A DNA stretch of 63,493 nt, filler included, from Olpidium bornovanus S191 (taxonomy: Eukaryota > Fungi > Olpidiomycota), in the NCBI GenBank assembly GCA_017911155.1. It is 28 parts of 28 records of this genome, joined end to end, with 100 filler letters (N's around TTAATTAATTAA, not from the genome) between each part and the next. Parts side by side here need not be neighbours in the genome. Positions count along the whole stretch, not along the records: positions 10,205 to 12,199 come from JAEFCI010001980.1; positions 12,300 to 14,332 come from JAEFCI010013365.1; positions 14,433 to 15,615 come from JAEFCI010005089.1; positions 15,716 to 19,964 come from JAEFCI010004378.1; positions 20,065 to 22,933 come from JAEFCI010009186.1; positions 23,034 to 25,101 come from JAEFCI010004497.1; 22 more parts are not named here. One strand, 5' to 3'. Position 1 is the stretch's first letter; each line of letters starts with the position of its first letter. A program made the position numbers and the translations under genes. The notes below the pieces were generated by a model. That model was given only the letters and a program-made list of their open reading frames with translations, searched no databases and was not told the DNA's origin. Below are positions 12,166 through 23,093 of this stretch, piece by piece.

Positions 12166-12644
12166 ATTGCGGAAAGAAGTGAGATATAGAAGAGAGAGAN
12201 NNNNNNNNNNNNNNNNNNNNNNNNNNNNNNNNNNNNNNNNNNNTTAATTAATTAANNNNNNNNNNNNNNNNNNNNNNNNNNNNNNNNNNNNNNNNNNNNA
12301 CATGCAGATGCCCACAATGGCGCGTGCTGCCTCGGCAGCCGCGCCCGAGCGAGAGAAAAAAAAAGTGCCGCCGTGCGCGTCAATCGGCACCGGGTGGGAC
12401 GGGCCGGCGGTGGCGGCTGGTGAGGACGGCGGCGGGCCTGCGCCCACCCTTTTGACGAAGGGCGGGGGCCCTGTGAGATTCTGCCCGCCGCTGGAAAACG
12501 CACGCAGTCCTCCGTGGAAAGTTTCCCATCCGGGAGATTCCCGTCCCGCCCCAAACTGCCGCCGCGCCCTCTCCCCCATCCGGCCGCCACCGTTAGCTGG
12601 CCAAACCCCCCGCTTCCGCACCCCTTCCCGCGCCCTGAACCACC

Positions 12645-14179
12645 ATGCTCGTGACAGAGGCCCTGGCGCGCGCCGCAAAATGTAACGCCAGCAGGCCCCC
12701 GTTCTCCTTCGAATTTTTTCCGCCGAAAACGGACGAGGTGAGAGCAGGGCGAGGCTGGCGTGGTTATCTGGCGAATTCGGTTTCGACCCCGTCGACGGGC
12801 TTTCGGACTCCCCAGCTTTCCTCGCCGGCGGGCCGCGGCGCTCGCTCCCCCGAAAAGCTGTGACCGTGCGACCTTTTTTTTTTTTTTTTTTTTTTGACGA
12901 ATTGCTCAGGGCGTGGCAAACCTGCTGGCGCGCATGGAGCGGATGGCCAGGCTCGGCCCTTCGTTTATATCGGTGACCTGGCCGGCCACGGGGTCCGACA
13001 CGGCTGCTGCGATTAAGACGGTGGAGCTGTGCGCGACTGCCGCGCAAGAGTTTGGCCTGGTGCCTTGCTGTCACCTCACCTGCACGAACACCCGGCGCGA
13101 GACCATCAACGCGGCGCTGGACGACATGAAGCGCAGCGGAGTGCGTAACATCTTCGCCCTGCGCGGAGACCCTCCTCGCGATGCCGAGCACTGGGAACCC
13201 ACCGACGCCTCCTTCCGCTACGCGGTCGACCTGGTGCGGCACGTGCGGAAGAGGCACGGCAGCTACTTTTGCGTCGGCGTCGCGGCATATCCCGAGGGTC
13301 ACCCCGACAACGACCGGCCGCAGGACGAATTGCAGCGGCTGAAGGAGAAGGTTGATGCGGGGGCCGACTTCATCATCACGCAGTTTTATTTCGACGTCGA
13401 TGCGTTCATCAAATGGGTAAAGGCGGTCAGGGACGCCGGTAAGATCACGGTCAAGCTGTGAACGACACGGAAAACCAGAACTACTGAGCATGGAATTTGG
13501 CGGGCCGCTTCTGCAGGTTGCGATTTCCTGTTCCAGCATTCCCTGATTGCTGCTCCTGTCCTGGCTTGTCAAACCTCACACATCTGCATCAGGCATCACC
13601 GTTCCTGTCATTGCAGGGATCATGCCAATTCACGGCTACGCGTCTTTCAAAACGTTGATCCGCCTTACAAAAGTTGCGGTTCCCGAGGAGATTGAGTCCC
13701 AGATAGAGGCCTTGAAGGTCAGCCGCTTTACGCACGTCTGAAGGTCGTATAGCGGTTGTGAAGCCTTCACCGTCGCTCGCTTCTCAACCCTCCAAATCTT
13801 GCATCTGCAACAGTACGACGATGCCGCCATCAAGACTTTTGGAGTAACATGCGCGGCATCAATAGTTAGCTGTCTCTGCGAAGCTGGCGTGCAAGGCTTC
13901 CACCTATCAACCCTCAACTTAGAGTGGTCCGTTCGGAGAATACTGCTCGAGACCGGATATATCGAGGAGGTCAGAATCCGGACCGACTTTGTTGTCTGCG
14001 GTTGACTTGAAGCTCAAAATGCGGATGGCGTTCATAAAAGAAACCGACGAGCAACGTAACGACCTTAGCCGAAAAGACCCGAGAGAGCGTCGTGCGCGGC
14101 CTTTTTGGACCTCATCCGCAAAGTCCTGAGCTTTGGGACGACTTCCCCAACGGGCGGTTCGGCGACTCCAGGTCACCAG
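12645..14179 (+). CDS. MTHFR: Methylenetetrahydrofolate reductase (MET12/MET13 family), 3'-truncated
   Basis: FSFEFFPPKT, CHLTCTN, ALRGDPP, YPEGHP, KVDAGADFIITQ, GIMPI, WDDFPNGRFGDSRSP. Exons 12645-12737, 12910-13438, 13593-13717, 13814-13969 and about 14041-14179. Confidence 0.96.
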
Positions 14180-14555
14180 GTGAGAAGCTCCAGCGTTTTG
14201 GGTGAGAAGCTCATGCGCGTGTTCGGTCGCAGGTGACCCCATCGGACGGCGTTGTTGACCGGTAAACGTTGCGTTCCCGTTAGCCTTCGGCGAGATTGAT
14301 GGCTACGGCGTATCACTCCACATTGAGGTTCGNNNNNNNNNNNNNNNNNNNNNNNNNNNNNNNNNNNNNNNNNNNNTTAATTAATTAANNNNNNNNNNNN
14401 NNNNNNNNNNNNNNNNNNNNNNNNNNNNNNNNCCGGTGAGCGGGGCACGCACCCAACAGCGAGAAAAGCCCTTACCGCCTTGCAGCAGTAGAGCCACGGG
14501 CTATCCTCTAGGCAGTCCTGCAAAACTCTCGTCAAGCACAGAATCGCCCGACACC

Positions 14556-14742
14556 GGCGTTGCTACCAAATGTGGAGGGACAATCACCCAGGAGAGGGAC
14601 TTCAGCTCAAGGACATCCTCCGACTTCTTCTTTGCTCAATCTTCCTTTCTTCAGCGCATGTCTATGCCATAAGTTTGCAAAGTGGGGGGGGTTGGGGCCT
14701 GGTTATATACCCAGGGCTGGGGATCAAACTCAGGTCTCCAGA
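14556..14742 (-). mobile_element. Short 5' LTR (about 172 bp) with primer-binding site
   Basis: On the minus strand the LTR ends ...CCCTCCACA (14571), followed by TT and TGGTAGCAACGCC (14568-14556). TATATA at about 14704-14709. A near-inverted left end TCTGGAG lies at 14742. Confidence 0.6.
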
Positions 14743-14761
14743 GCGCAGCTGTGCAGAGGGT

Positions 14762-15015
14762 AAATAGAGAGACGAAGCTAAAATAGAGAGACAAAGCTAA
14801 AATAGAGACACAAAGCGAAGGTGACGCGAGAAACGTTTAAAGCGACATCAAAAGAAAGTTTAAACTGATGTCAAAAAAGCTTAAAGCGCTCTCAAGAAAG
14901 TTTGAAGTGATGTCAAAAAAGTTTAAAGCGACCTCAAAAAAAGTTAAAATGCAGAAAGGTTAAATTCGGACAAAGGCTAAATTGGGACAAAGGTTAATTC
15001 GAAAAAGGGTTAAAA
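14762..15015 (+). repeat. Three abutting A-rich tandem arrays (19 bp x3, about 21 bp x5, about 17 bp x3-4)
   Basis: AAATAGAGAGACRAAGCTA x3 (14762-14818); GTTTAAAG/CTGA..TCAAAAAA-like x5 (14835-14942); AAAGGYTAAATTSGGAC-like units from 14955. Confidence 0.85.
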
Positions 15016-15109
15016 GGGAGGAAATTTCCCTGAAAAAACTGAAAGAAAAAAAAAGAAAGAAAGATGACGAAAAGCAAAGCCCCAAGAAGAAGAAAATCAA
15101 AGCCCCAGA

Positions 15110-15484
15110 GTGCAATGTAAGTGTCACCCCCCATACCGGCTGAAGGACCTAGAAGACACAATCGTGGAGCTCGCCCCAGCAGAACACCTTACAGCAGTAG
15201 ACCTGGAGGTCGAAGACCTCAACAAAAGACCCCACGAAGGTGGGCGAGAGACAATGAACGCCCTGTTAGCAAGAACACTGCTCGAGGCAATCACAACCTA
15301 CAACGGGACCGGCGGCGCGACAACGCTCAACAGCTTCATCAACAAGTTAGAGATGGCAGCAAAAAGAACGGGTTTCAACAACAAAGAAACACTCGACCTG
15401 GCTGTCAACCGCCTCGCGGGACAAGCAGCCGTCCTGTGGCAAAGCCACTCCATGGCAAATCCAGAACGAAGTCGCCTGCGCTGG
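15110..15484 (+). mobile_element. Ty3/gypsy-type Gag capsid fragment, interrupted by an LTR insertion
   Basis: ITTYNGTGGATTLNSFINKLEMAAKRTGFNNKETLDLAVNRLAGQAAVLW resembles a retrotransposon gag. The frame runs into TGTCACGGCG at 15485. Confidence 0.75.
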
Positions 15485-15615
15485 TGTCACGGCGCACCCG
15501 CTACGGTGGCGTCAAACCCCTCAGGCTGCGTCAAGCCCCTCTCGGGAACGCCTGCCGAGCAACGGTCACGTGATCCAGAAATCGCCGAGACCACTAGACA
15601 CACCAGTGTGTCTAG
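15485..15615 (-). mobile_element. LTR terminus, family copy A
   Basis: About 127 bp colinear and similar to 60406-60534 (TGTCACGGCG...CGGTGGCGTCAAA...AGAAATCGCCGAG..CACTAGACACACCAGTGTGT). Confidence 0.8.
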
Positions 15616-15855
15616 NNNNNNNNNNNNNNNNNNNNNNNNNNNNNNNNNNNNNNNNNNNNTTAATTAATTAANNNNNNNNNNNNNNNNNNNNNNNNNNNNN
15701 NNNNNNNNNNNNNNNCCCCCCCCCCGTGCACACGCACCCCGCCCGCACAGGAGGAAAAAAAAAAAAAAAAAGGAACAGAAAAAAGAAAGAAATCTCCTCC
15801 CCCGCGCTGCGCCCACCTTCCCCTCTTCCATTACCTCCCTCTTCCCCTTCCCCCC

Positions 15856-15897
<42 letters not shown>

Positions 15898-15936
15898 CCC
15901 CCCTTCCGCCCTCCCTTCCCCCCCCCCCGTCCTCCG

Positions 15937-18295
15937 ATGCAAGAAGAAGAGCGGCGGACCGGCAAGGACGCCGCCGCCGCCGCCGCCGCCGCCGCCCCGG
16001 GAAATTCCCGCAGCCGCGCACCGCCCTCCGCCCAACGCAGAGGGCCAGGGCCCCGGGCGGGCCGCCGCCCCGAGTCGGCGTCCGCCCCCGCCGCCGGCCG
16101 TCGCCCTCGCGGCGCCGTAGAGGTGCGTGAGAGGGGAGCGGCAGCCGCCGCTGCGCTCGGTCTCTGTCTTTCTTTTTCTCTCTCTCTCTCTTTTTTTTTT
16201 CTCTCTCTTTTTCTCTCTCTCTCTCTTTTTTTTTTCTCTCTCTTTTTCTCTTCTCTCTCTCTCCCTTCCTCTCCCTCTTCCCCCTCTTCCCCCTCTTGCC
16301 CCCTGTTTCCCCGATCGCTTTTCGCCCTTTTGTGCTGTTTCTCGTACGGGCTCTCCCGACCCATAACCACCCGCTCTTCCACCTTCGACAACCCGCCGTT
16401 GCCTTTCCTTGCCTTGCCTTGCCTTGCCTTGCCTTAGTCTTCACCCCGGTCATTCCGCCCTCCCGCCCACCCCCACCCCTACTTTTCGGGCGGCGTGACG
16501 TGCGCGGACGAGGCGGACGAGGTGGAGGCGAGCAGCGCACGCCCGGGACGGGCTTCCGCTGACATCCGGCTGCTTTTTCTTTTTTTGTTTCCTTTGTTTG
16601 CGCCTCGTCGCTTTCTCCAAACGTCACCCCCCCCTCGCGCCGCTGCCCATTTGCCAGAATTCCGGCCCGCGAGGTCCTTGCAACGGGAAATCTCCCTCGC
16701 CTCTTTCGCCGCCGCGGTCGCCCACGCGGCAACCGTCCGAGCGCCGGACGCCGGCGCAGTCTCCCCAGGTGCCCGCCGGCCAGAGCGCCGACCGGTCCCT
16801 CGAAAGGAAGGCTGCTCTGGAGCAGCTGGGCTGTCGCGCGGCCGCCGCTTCCGGGCCCCCTGCGCCGGCGGTCCCCGCTTTCTCCCGCCAGCCGCCTTCG
16901 CCGACGTCGCCGTCCAAGTCGGCGTCGTCAGCCGCGCCCGCCGCCGCCGCCTCCGCTCAGGCGCCGTCGAATTTCGCGCCCCCCCCGCACGCGGCCGACG
17001 GCCGGCCCCCGACAACGCCGGCCGCATCGCGGGGCCCTTCGCCGCCCGACGGAAACTGCGGCCCGCCGGGGTACGACGACGTCGGCCCCCTCCCGTACCG
17101 GAGGCCGAGGGCGGTCAGCCTGTCGGCCGACGGAGGGATCTCGGAGTTCCAGGGCGCACAGGGCCCCGGAAGCTTCGCCAACAACCTCGCGCACGGCGGG
17201 AACACCGCCGCCAACTTGGGCTTGTGCGCTAACCGGTCCGGCGTCTGGAACGGCGGCGGCGTCGGCGGCGGCCCCTCGTCGAAGCTCGAAGGACCGTCCG
17301 CCGGCCGCCGCACGTCTTTTGCCGGGCTCACCGAGTATCAGGCGGCATACGCGGCCGGCGACGAGCCCGCGTACTACGGCGGCCCCTCGTCCTCGGTTTC
17401 CCTCGGGACGTCGCAGGTAGCGTCGGCCCGGGCCCCGCCCCGTGTCCTTTTTTGCGTCGCGCAGTGTGAGGGCGGTCTCTTCCAGCTCACCCGGGAGTTC
17501 GCGCGTGCCGCCGTCGTCCGACCAGCATCCGCCCGGGGCTCCGTACGGCCGTCGCAGCTCGGCTGTTCTCGCAGAGGGGCCGGATCTTACCAGGATGGAC
17601 GGCATCCCGCCGCAGTTCGGGGTTCGCGGACTTCCTTCGATGTCCGAGGAGAGCGAGCTGTGCACGGGCGGCGCATTGCCCTCGGACCACACGTCGTTCA
17701 CGCTGCCGCGCCTTCGTTTGCGCAGCAAATCCTCGGCTGCCGCGTACGGAATCGGTCCGCCGGGCGTCATGAACGACCGTCGCTTCTCCCTGGGAGCGCC
17801 CGGCTACGACAGGGACGGCCTGGACGCCGGCGTCGCGCCGCTCGCTTCTGACGTTTACGGCTCGAACGACGAGCAGCTGCAGGAAGGGAGCCGCCGCCGG
17901 TCGGTCACCAACCCTGCGGACTACTGGTTGCACGCGCATGACGGCGAAGGCGACCTCGCCGGACAATCCGCGGCAGGTGAGCCGTTCGAGCGCGTCAGGC
18001 CCCGCCGCCGGTTGTCGCTCCACCCGAGCTTCACGGGATACGGCGGCGCCAGCGCGTACCAGGCCGGCGGCTTCGGCTCTGTTGCCGCGGGTGGCGAGCT
18101 GGGCGGCGCCGGGCAATACGGCGACTACAGCCACCTCGAGAGCAGCCAGGGCATGGGCACGCTGAACAGGTTCGTGCGGCGTCAGGATGGCAAAAAAAAA
18201 AACGAAAAAAAAAACGAAAAAAAAAAACGAAAAAAAAAACGAAAAAAAAGAAAAAAAAGAAAAAAAAGAAAAAAAAGAAAAAAAAGAAAAAAAAG

Positions 18296-18326
<31 letters not shown>

Positions 18327-19564
18327 AAGAAAGACTAGAAATAATTTTCACGGCCCCGCATACGGAGTCGTAGCTGACCCCTGTCGTCGGATCGCTCGCC
18401 CGCAGGATGGTGGAGCCGGAATTTGGCCACCACAACCAGCGTCGCCACTCCGTGTCCGGTCCGACGCTTTCGTTCGCTAATCCCTCCCAGGCGCGTTACC
18501 TAGGCGACGTTATGGAATCTCTCCGCATCGACGACGCCAATTTGTACGGCCGTCAGCCGCAGGGGATGATCCCAATGCCGCCGGATTCGTCGCGGGACAA
18601 TTACGCCGACGACGACGAGTCCCGTGCCGCCGCCGCCGCGTCCCCAGCGATCCCGAACACCGTCCCGTCCCCCGTTCGCTCGTCTCCCAAGGAGCTCCAT
18701 CCGGGTCCCGCGGCGACGGCGGCGAGCTCCGACTCCGTGATGCACCTCGGCAAGGGCATTCCGCTGCACGCCGTGCCGCACGCGGGGCCGCTGTACATCG
18801 TCGAGTTCAAGGCGGGGCGGTCGGACCTCTTCTACCTCGTCCCGGAGGCGGGCGACTTGAAGATAAAGCGGGGCGACCTGGTGATTGTCGAAGCCGACCG
18901 CGGCAAAGACCTGGGCAAGGTCGTTAGCGATAACATCACGCCGGTGCAGGTCCAGATGCTCCAACAGCAGCAGGCCGAGGCGGCGGCAGTCGCTGAGATG
19001 GGCATGGTCAACAAGGACCCGAAAACCCCCGCGGCGGCGGCGGCGCAGCAGCCGCAGCCGCAGCAGCAGTTGCAGGTGAAGGATTTGCATCCGAAGAGGT
19101 TGTACAGGCTTGCCCAGCCCGCCGAGGTCACCATGCTCGTCGCCAAGAGCCAGGACGAGACCAAGTCGATGCTGGTGTGCCAGGCCAAGGTGCGGCAGAA
19201 GAACCTGCCTATGGCGGTTGTGGACGCCGAGTACCAATGGTGAGGAGGGCGGCCCCCGGGCTCCGCCGGCCTTTTTTTTTTTTTTTCCCTTGTCGGTCGT
19301 GCCGGGAAGGACTTTCCATCGGAATTTTTTCTCCGAGGAGAGAACCCAGAGTGCCGGGGCGTTTCAGCCCGTCCGTATTGAATCGGCTTCCCCGGCCCGC
19401 GCCATCTCAGGGACCGCCACAAGCTGACCTTTTACTTCATTGCCGAGCGCCGCATCGACTTCCGCGAGCTGGTCCGCGAGCTCTTCAAGATATACAAGAC
19501 CCGCATCTGGATGTGCGCGGTCAACCCCGGCCATATGTCGAACGCCGGCAGCGTCAAGACTTGA
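15937..19564 (+). CDS. PSP1: PSP1 C-terminal-domain protein with a long disordered N-terminus
   Basis: [40 protein letters not shown]|DRHKLTFYF...[22 protein letters not shown]. Last intron 19240-19410. The 5' exons (from 15937 or 16658) are tentative. Confidence 0.9.
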
Positions 19565-19686
19565 AACGGGCCCCGCGCGTGCCGAGGTTCCATCTTCCCC
19601 ACCCTCCTCCCCCCGCCTCCTCCCCATCCCGCGCCCCCGTCTCCTAGGGCGGCGTGACGCCTTTTCTCCTCGCTCGACGAAGCGGC

Positions 19687-19729
<43 letters not shown>

Positions 19730-19748
19730 CCCCCCCCCGGGGAAGGGG

Positions 19749-19785
<37 letters not shown>

Positions 19786-19914
19786 GTTTTGTCCCTCCGA
19801 CAATCTTAAATTTGCGTTCGTTCCACTTTCGTCGCAAAAACAAAAAAAAAAAAAAAAAAAGGCACGCTAAGCACGAACGCACTTTCCCTCCCTTCTTCCC
19901 TTTCCCCCGCTCTT

Positions 19915-19964
<50 letters not shown>

Positions 19965-20136
19965 NNNNNNNNNNNNNNNNNNNNNNNNNNNNNNNNNNNN
20001 NNNNNNNNTTAATTAATTAANNNNNNNNNNNNNNNNNNNNNNNNNNNNNNNNNNNNNNNNNNNNATTCAAATCCAAGTCCAATTTCAGAAGAGCAGGCAA
20101 GACGGGCGACGCACCCGGCATCAAGCCACCACGCAC

Positions 20137-21477
20137 CCGTCAAAATACTCAGAAAATCTTTCGCAGTCGAGGGTGGCGCTCATGACGACGATCTTCAGCG
20201 GTCTGACTCGTACACCCGCTCCGGCCCCCTTCGCCTTGTCTCCCTCCTCAACCGGGTAGGTCCTGACCCCACTTTTAATCATCTCCTTCCTCTGCTTCTG
20301 CACGCTCTTTACCATTCCAAACAGCAAGTCCGTACGGACGGAGCGCTCGTGAGCCTCGTCGAGCACGATGGTCGAGTACGAAGACAGCAGAGGATCCACG
20401 AGGAGCTCGCGGAGCAGCATCCCGTCCGTCAGAAACTTGAGGACGCCGTGCTTCGGGGAGAAGACCGACTTGAAACGGACAGAGTACCCAACCTGCGTTC
20501 ATTCCGGAGGAAAATTGCCCGCGTTATTTTGACAGATTAACGAGGCGAGACACACCTGATTCGGCCAAAAATGCCGCTGTGAGCCACGAGTTTACCGACT
20601 CCTTCCGCAAACTACTCACCTTCCGCCCCAGCGTCGTCCGCATCTCTTCTGCGACGCGATGAGCGAGATTGACAGCCGCAACCCGTCGGGGCTGGGTGAC
20701 TCCCACGACGCCGCCCGGACCTGCTGGACCGGCTTCTACGATGTACTGGGGTATCTCTACGTGGCGTAAAACGCGGAGTAGGGTCCAAGAATCAGTTGGT
20801 TCTGCCGTGTTTGCCTTTCGTGCCTGGTGCGGGAGCCTTGCGGTTTCTGAAAAAGCACTTTTCTCCACGAAAGGTCGCAGAATCTGCGTCTCGTTCTGAC
20901 ACGTACGAGTGGTTTTTCCGGATCCTGTTTCACCCACGATGACGACTGTGGAGTGCTTGTTGATGTTGTGCAGCAACGCACTGCGGGCTAGACGGAAACG
21001 CGAAGAAAGCAAAAAAGCTGACGGTTACGCCCGGTTTCCTTTCTTTTTCTTCATATTTTTTATCGCCGGTTTCGCTTTGCTGGGCTGTGGCCCGGGTGAG
21101 GGGACGAGAACCCTTTTCTGTCTCCGACGCGGTGTATAAATCGTACCTTCAAAAACCGGCAGACTTCGCCGGTGCCGCTGCAGCGCGGCCAACGGCTCTT
21201 CCGCACTCCCGCGGCTGCGATCGATAGCGGCCGCCTTGGCAGGGCCCGCTGCCGGCGTTTCTGGACCCGCCGCTCGCTTACGCTTCCGCCTCCAGACCTT
21301 CTCGTTCCCCTTTGCTTCGTCGCCGCCGCAGCCGCCGCCTCCCTGTTCGTCCTTCCCTCCGGGCGCGCCGAGCCCGTCCGCCGGCGCTACTGCTGATGCC
21401 GCTGATGCCGCGGCGGCGGCGGCGGGAGCCTTCCCTCCTGCGGGCGGCGGCGGCGCCTTTCCGCGGAACAGCGACAT
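20137..21477 (-). CDS. DEAH-box RNA helicase, DHX33/DHR2-like, 3'-truncated
   Basis: RSLPVFE|[15 protein letters not shown]|[42 protein letters not shown]. Exons 21477-21147, 20987-20907, 20756-20620 and 20492-20137. Confidence 0.94.
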
Positions 21478-21582
21478 GGTCTTCGTTCGCCGAATTGTCG
21501 GGCTGTCAACCTTCCCGGCCCGCGCTCGCTCCGGTTCGCTCTCTCTCTCTCTCTTACTCTCTCTCTCTCTCTCTCTCTCTCT

Positions 21583-21623
<41 letters not shown>

Positions 21624-23093
21624 CTCTCTCTTGCTCTCTGCCCCTGGCGTTCAATCGGTAGGAAATCCCGAGGCGGGCGGCAAAATAAACGGGATTGAGC
21701 ACTCTCCCTCGCGTTCCGGCGGAGCGTTTTCTTTCCGCGGCGAAGTCCCCCGGAAACCGACGGAAAAAAAAAAAAAAACAAACAACAAATCAAAGCGAAG
21801 GAAAAGGAATGGAGCCCCCCTGGCGACGGACGCGCCTTGCCCTCTGGAACCGACCGAGGAAACAGCTTTTGAGGCGGGTAGCGGCCTGCGCTTTTCGCCG
21901 GCCGCACCCGCAAATCAAACTGGACTGCCGGATTTGCCCGGCCGCTCCGGTTTTTGCAGCGTGTCGACGGTCCCTCGCCAAGTCCCAGCTTAGGCAGGGG
22001 AGAAGTAGCTCCGATGGGATGTGACGTCACCGACGGGAAACGTGCGTCTCCACACCCGTTTTACGTGTCAAAGCCCAAACGGCTCAAACGAGTGCGACGA
22101 CCGCAGCCGGCCCGCGACACCTTCCCCCCCAACCCCCCCCCCCGGATCGCACTACGACCTGTTCAACACCGTGCACTCTAGGCTCAGGAATCGCACCGCG
22201 AGTCGTGTCGTGCGCGGCGCTCGGTCATCCGGCTGTCCTCCTGCAAACACCGCACACGTGGTTTTCATTTTTAGCATGGAGGATTATCGGCCGATGGCAT
22301 CTGGTAGGTACCGCTCAAATCAGGCTACCGGGGTATGTAAGCGGCATCCCAGACTCACCGGGCAGTAGGCTTAATACACCACCCTTTGCCCAGATGGCGG
22401 GTGTCGACAGAACAGCGCTCCGCGGAAGGTGAAACCGCCGTGGGGTGGCAGAACAGTAACAGAAAACGGCCATTCTGCATTGTGGAACGTTTTATTCAAA
22501 ATTGCTCGCTTTTACGCGTCGACAAAGCGCAAAGCCGCACCATGGGACGCGCGCGGGTGCACCTCACACGATCGATCCTTGAGCCGCATGGACTGCTGGC
22601 ACCGCGAAACATCAGATTACCTAAACGAGGTTTGATTTGCGGTGACGACCGTAATCGGGGCGCGTGAAGCCACCGTTCGCTCCGCCACGCCTGCGTTTCA
22701 GACGAATCTTCAATGGGCGCGGTGAAATAGCGGCACGGTTCACATTCAGGTGCAGCGGTTCTGGCACCGCGAGGGGAAATTTATCCGTGTGCGAGACCGG
22801 TCTACAATTGCACAACATGGTTCTTGTAGCGGGGAGTGAGGAATTCGTGCATAGCTTGAGCTATGCACGTCGATGAAGTCAACGCGTGTGTCAAGTCTGT
22901 CTACCTGTGAATGGGTGTGTATTTAGTTGCGGANNNNNNNNNNNNNNNNNNNNNNNNNNNNNNNNNNNNNNNNNNNNTTAATTAATTAANNNNNNNNNNN
23001 NNNNNNNNNNNNNNNNNNNNNNNNNNNNNNNNNCATGTTTTCTTACAGAGAAGCGCGGGGCGGGCGGATGCACGGAAATTTAAGGCGCGGTAA

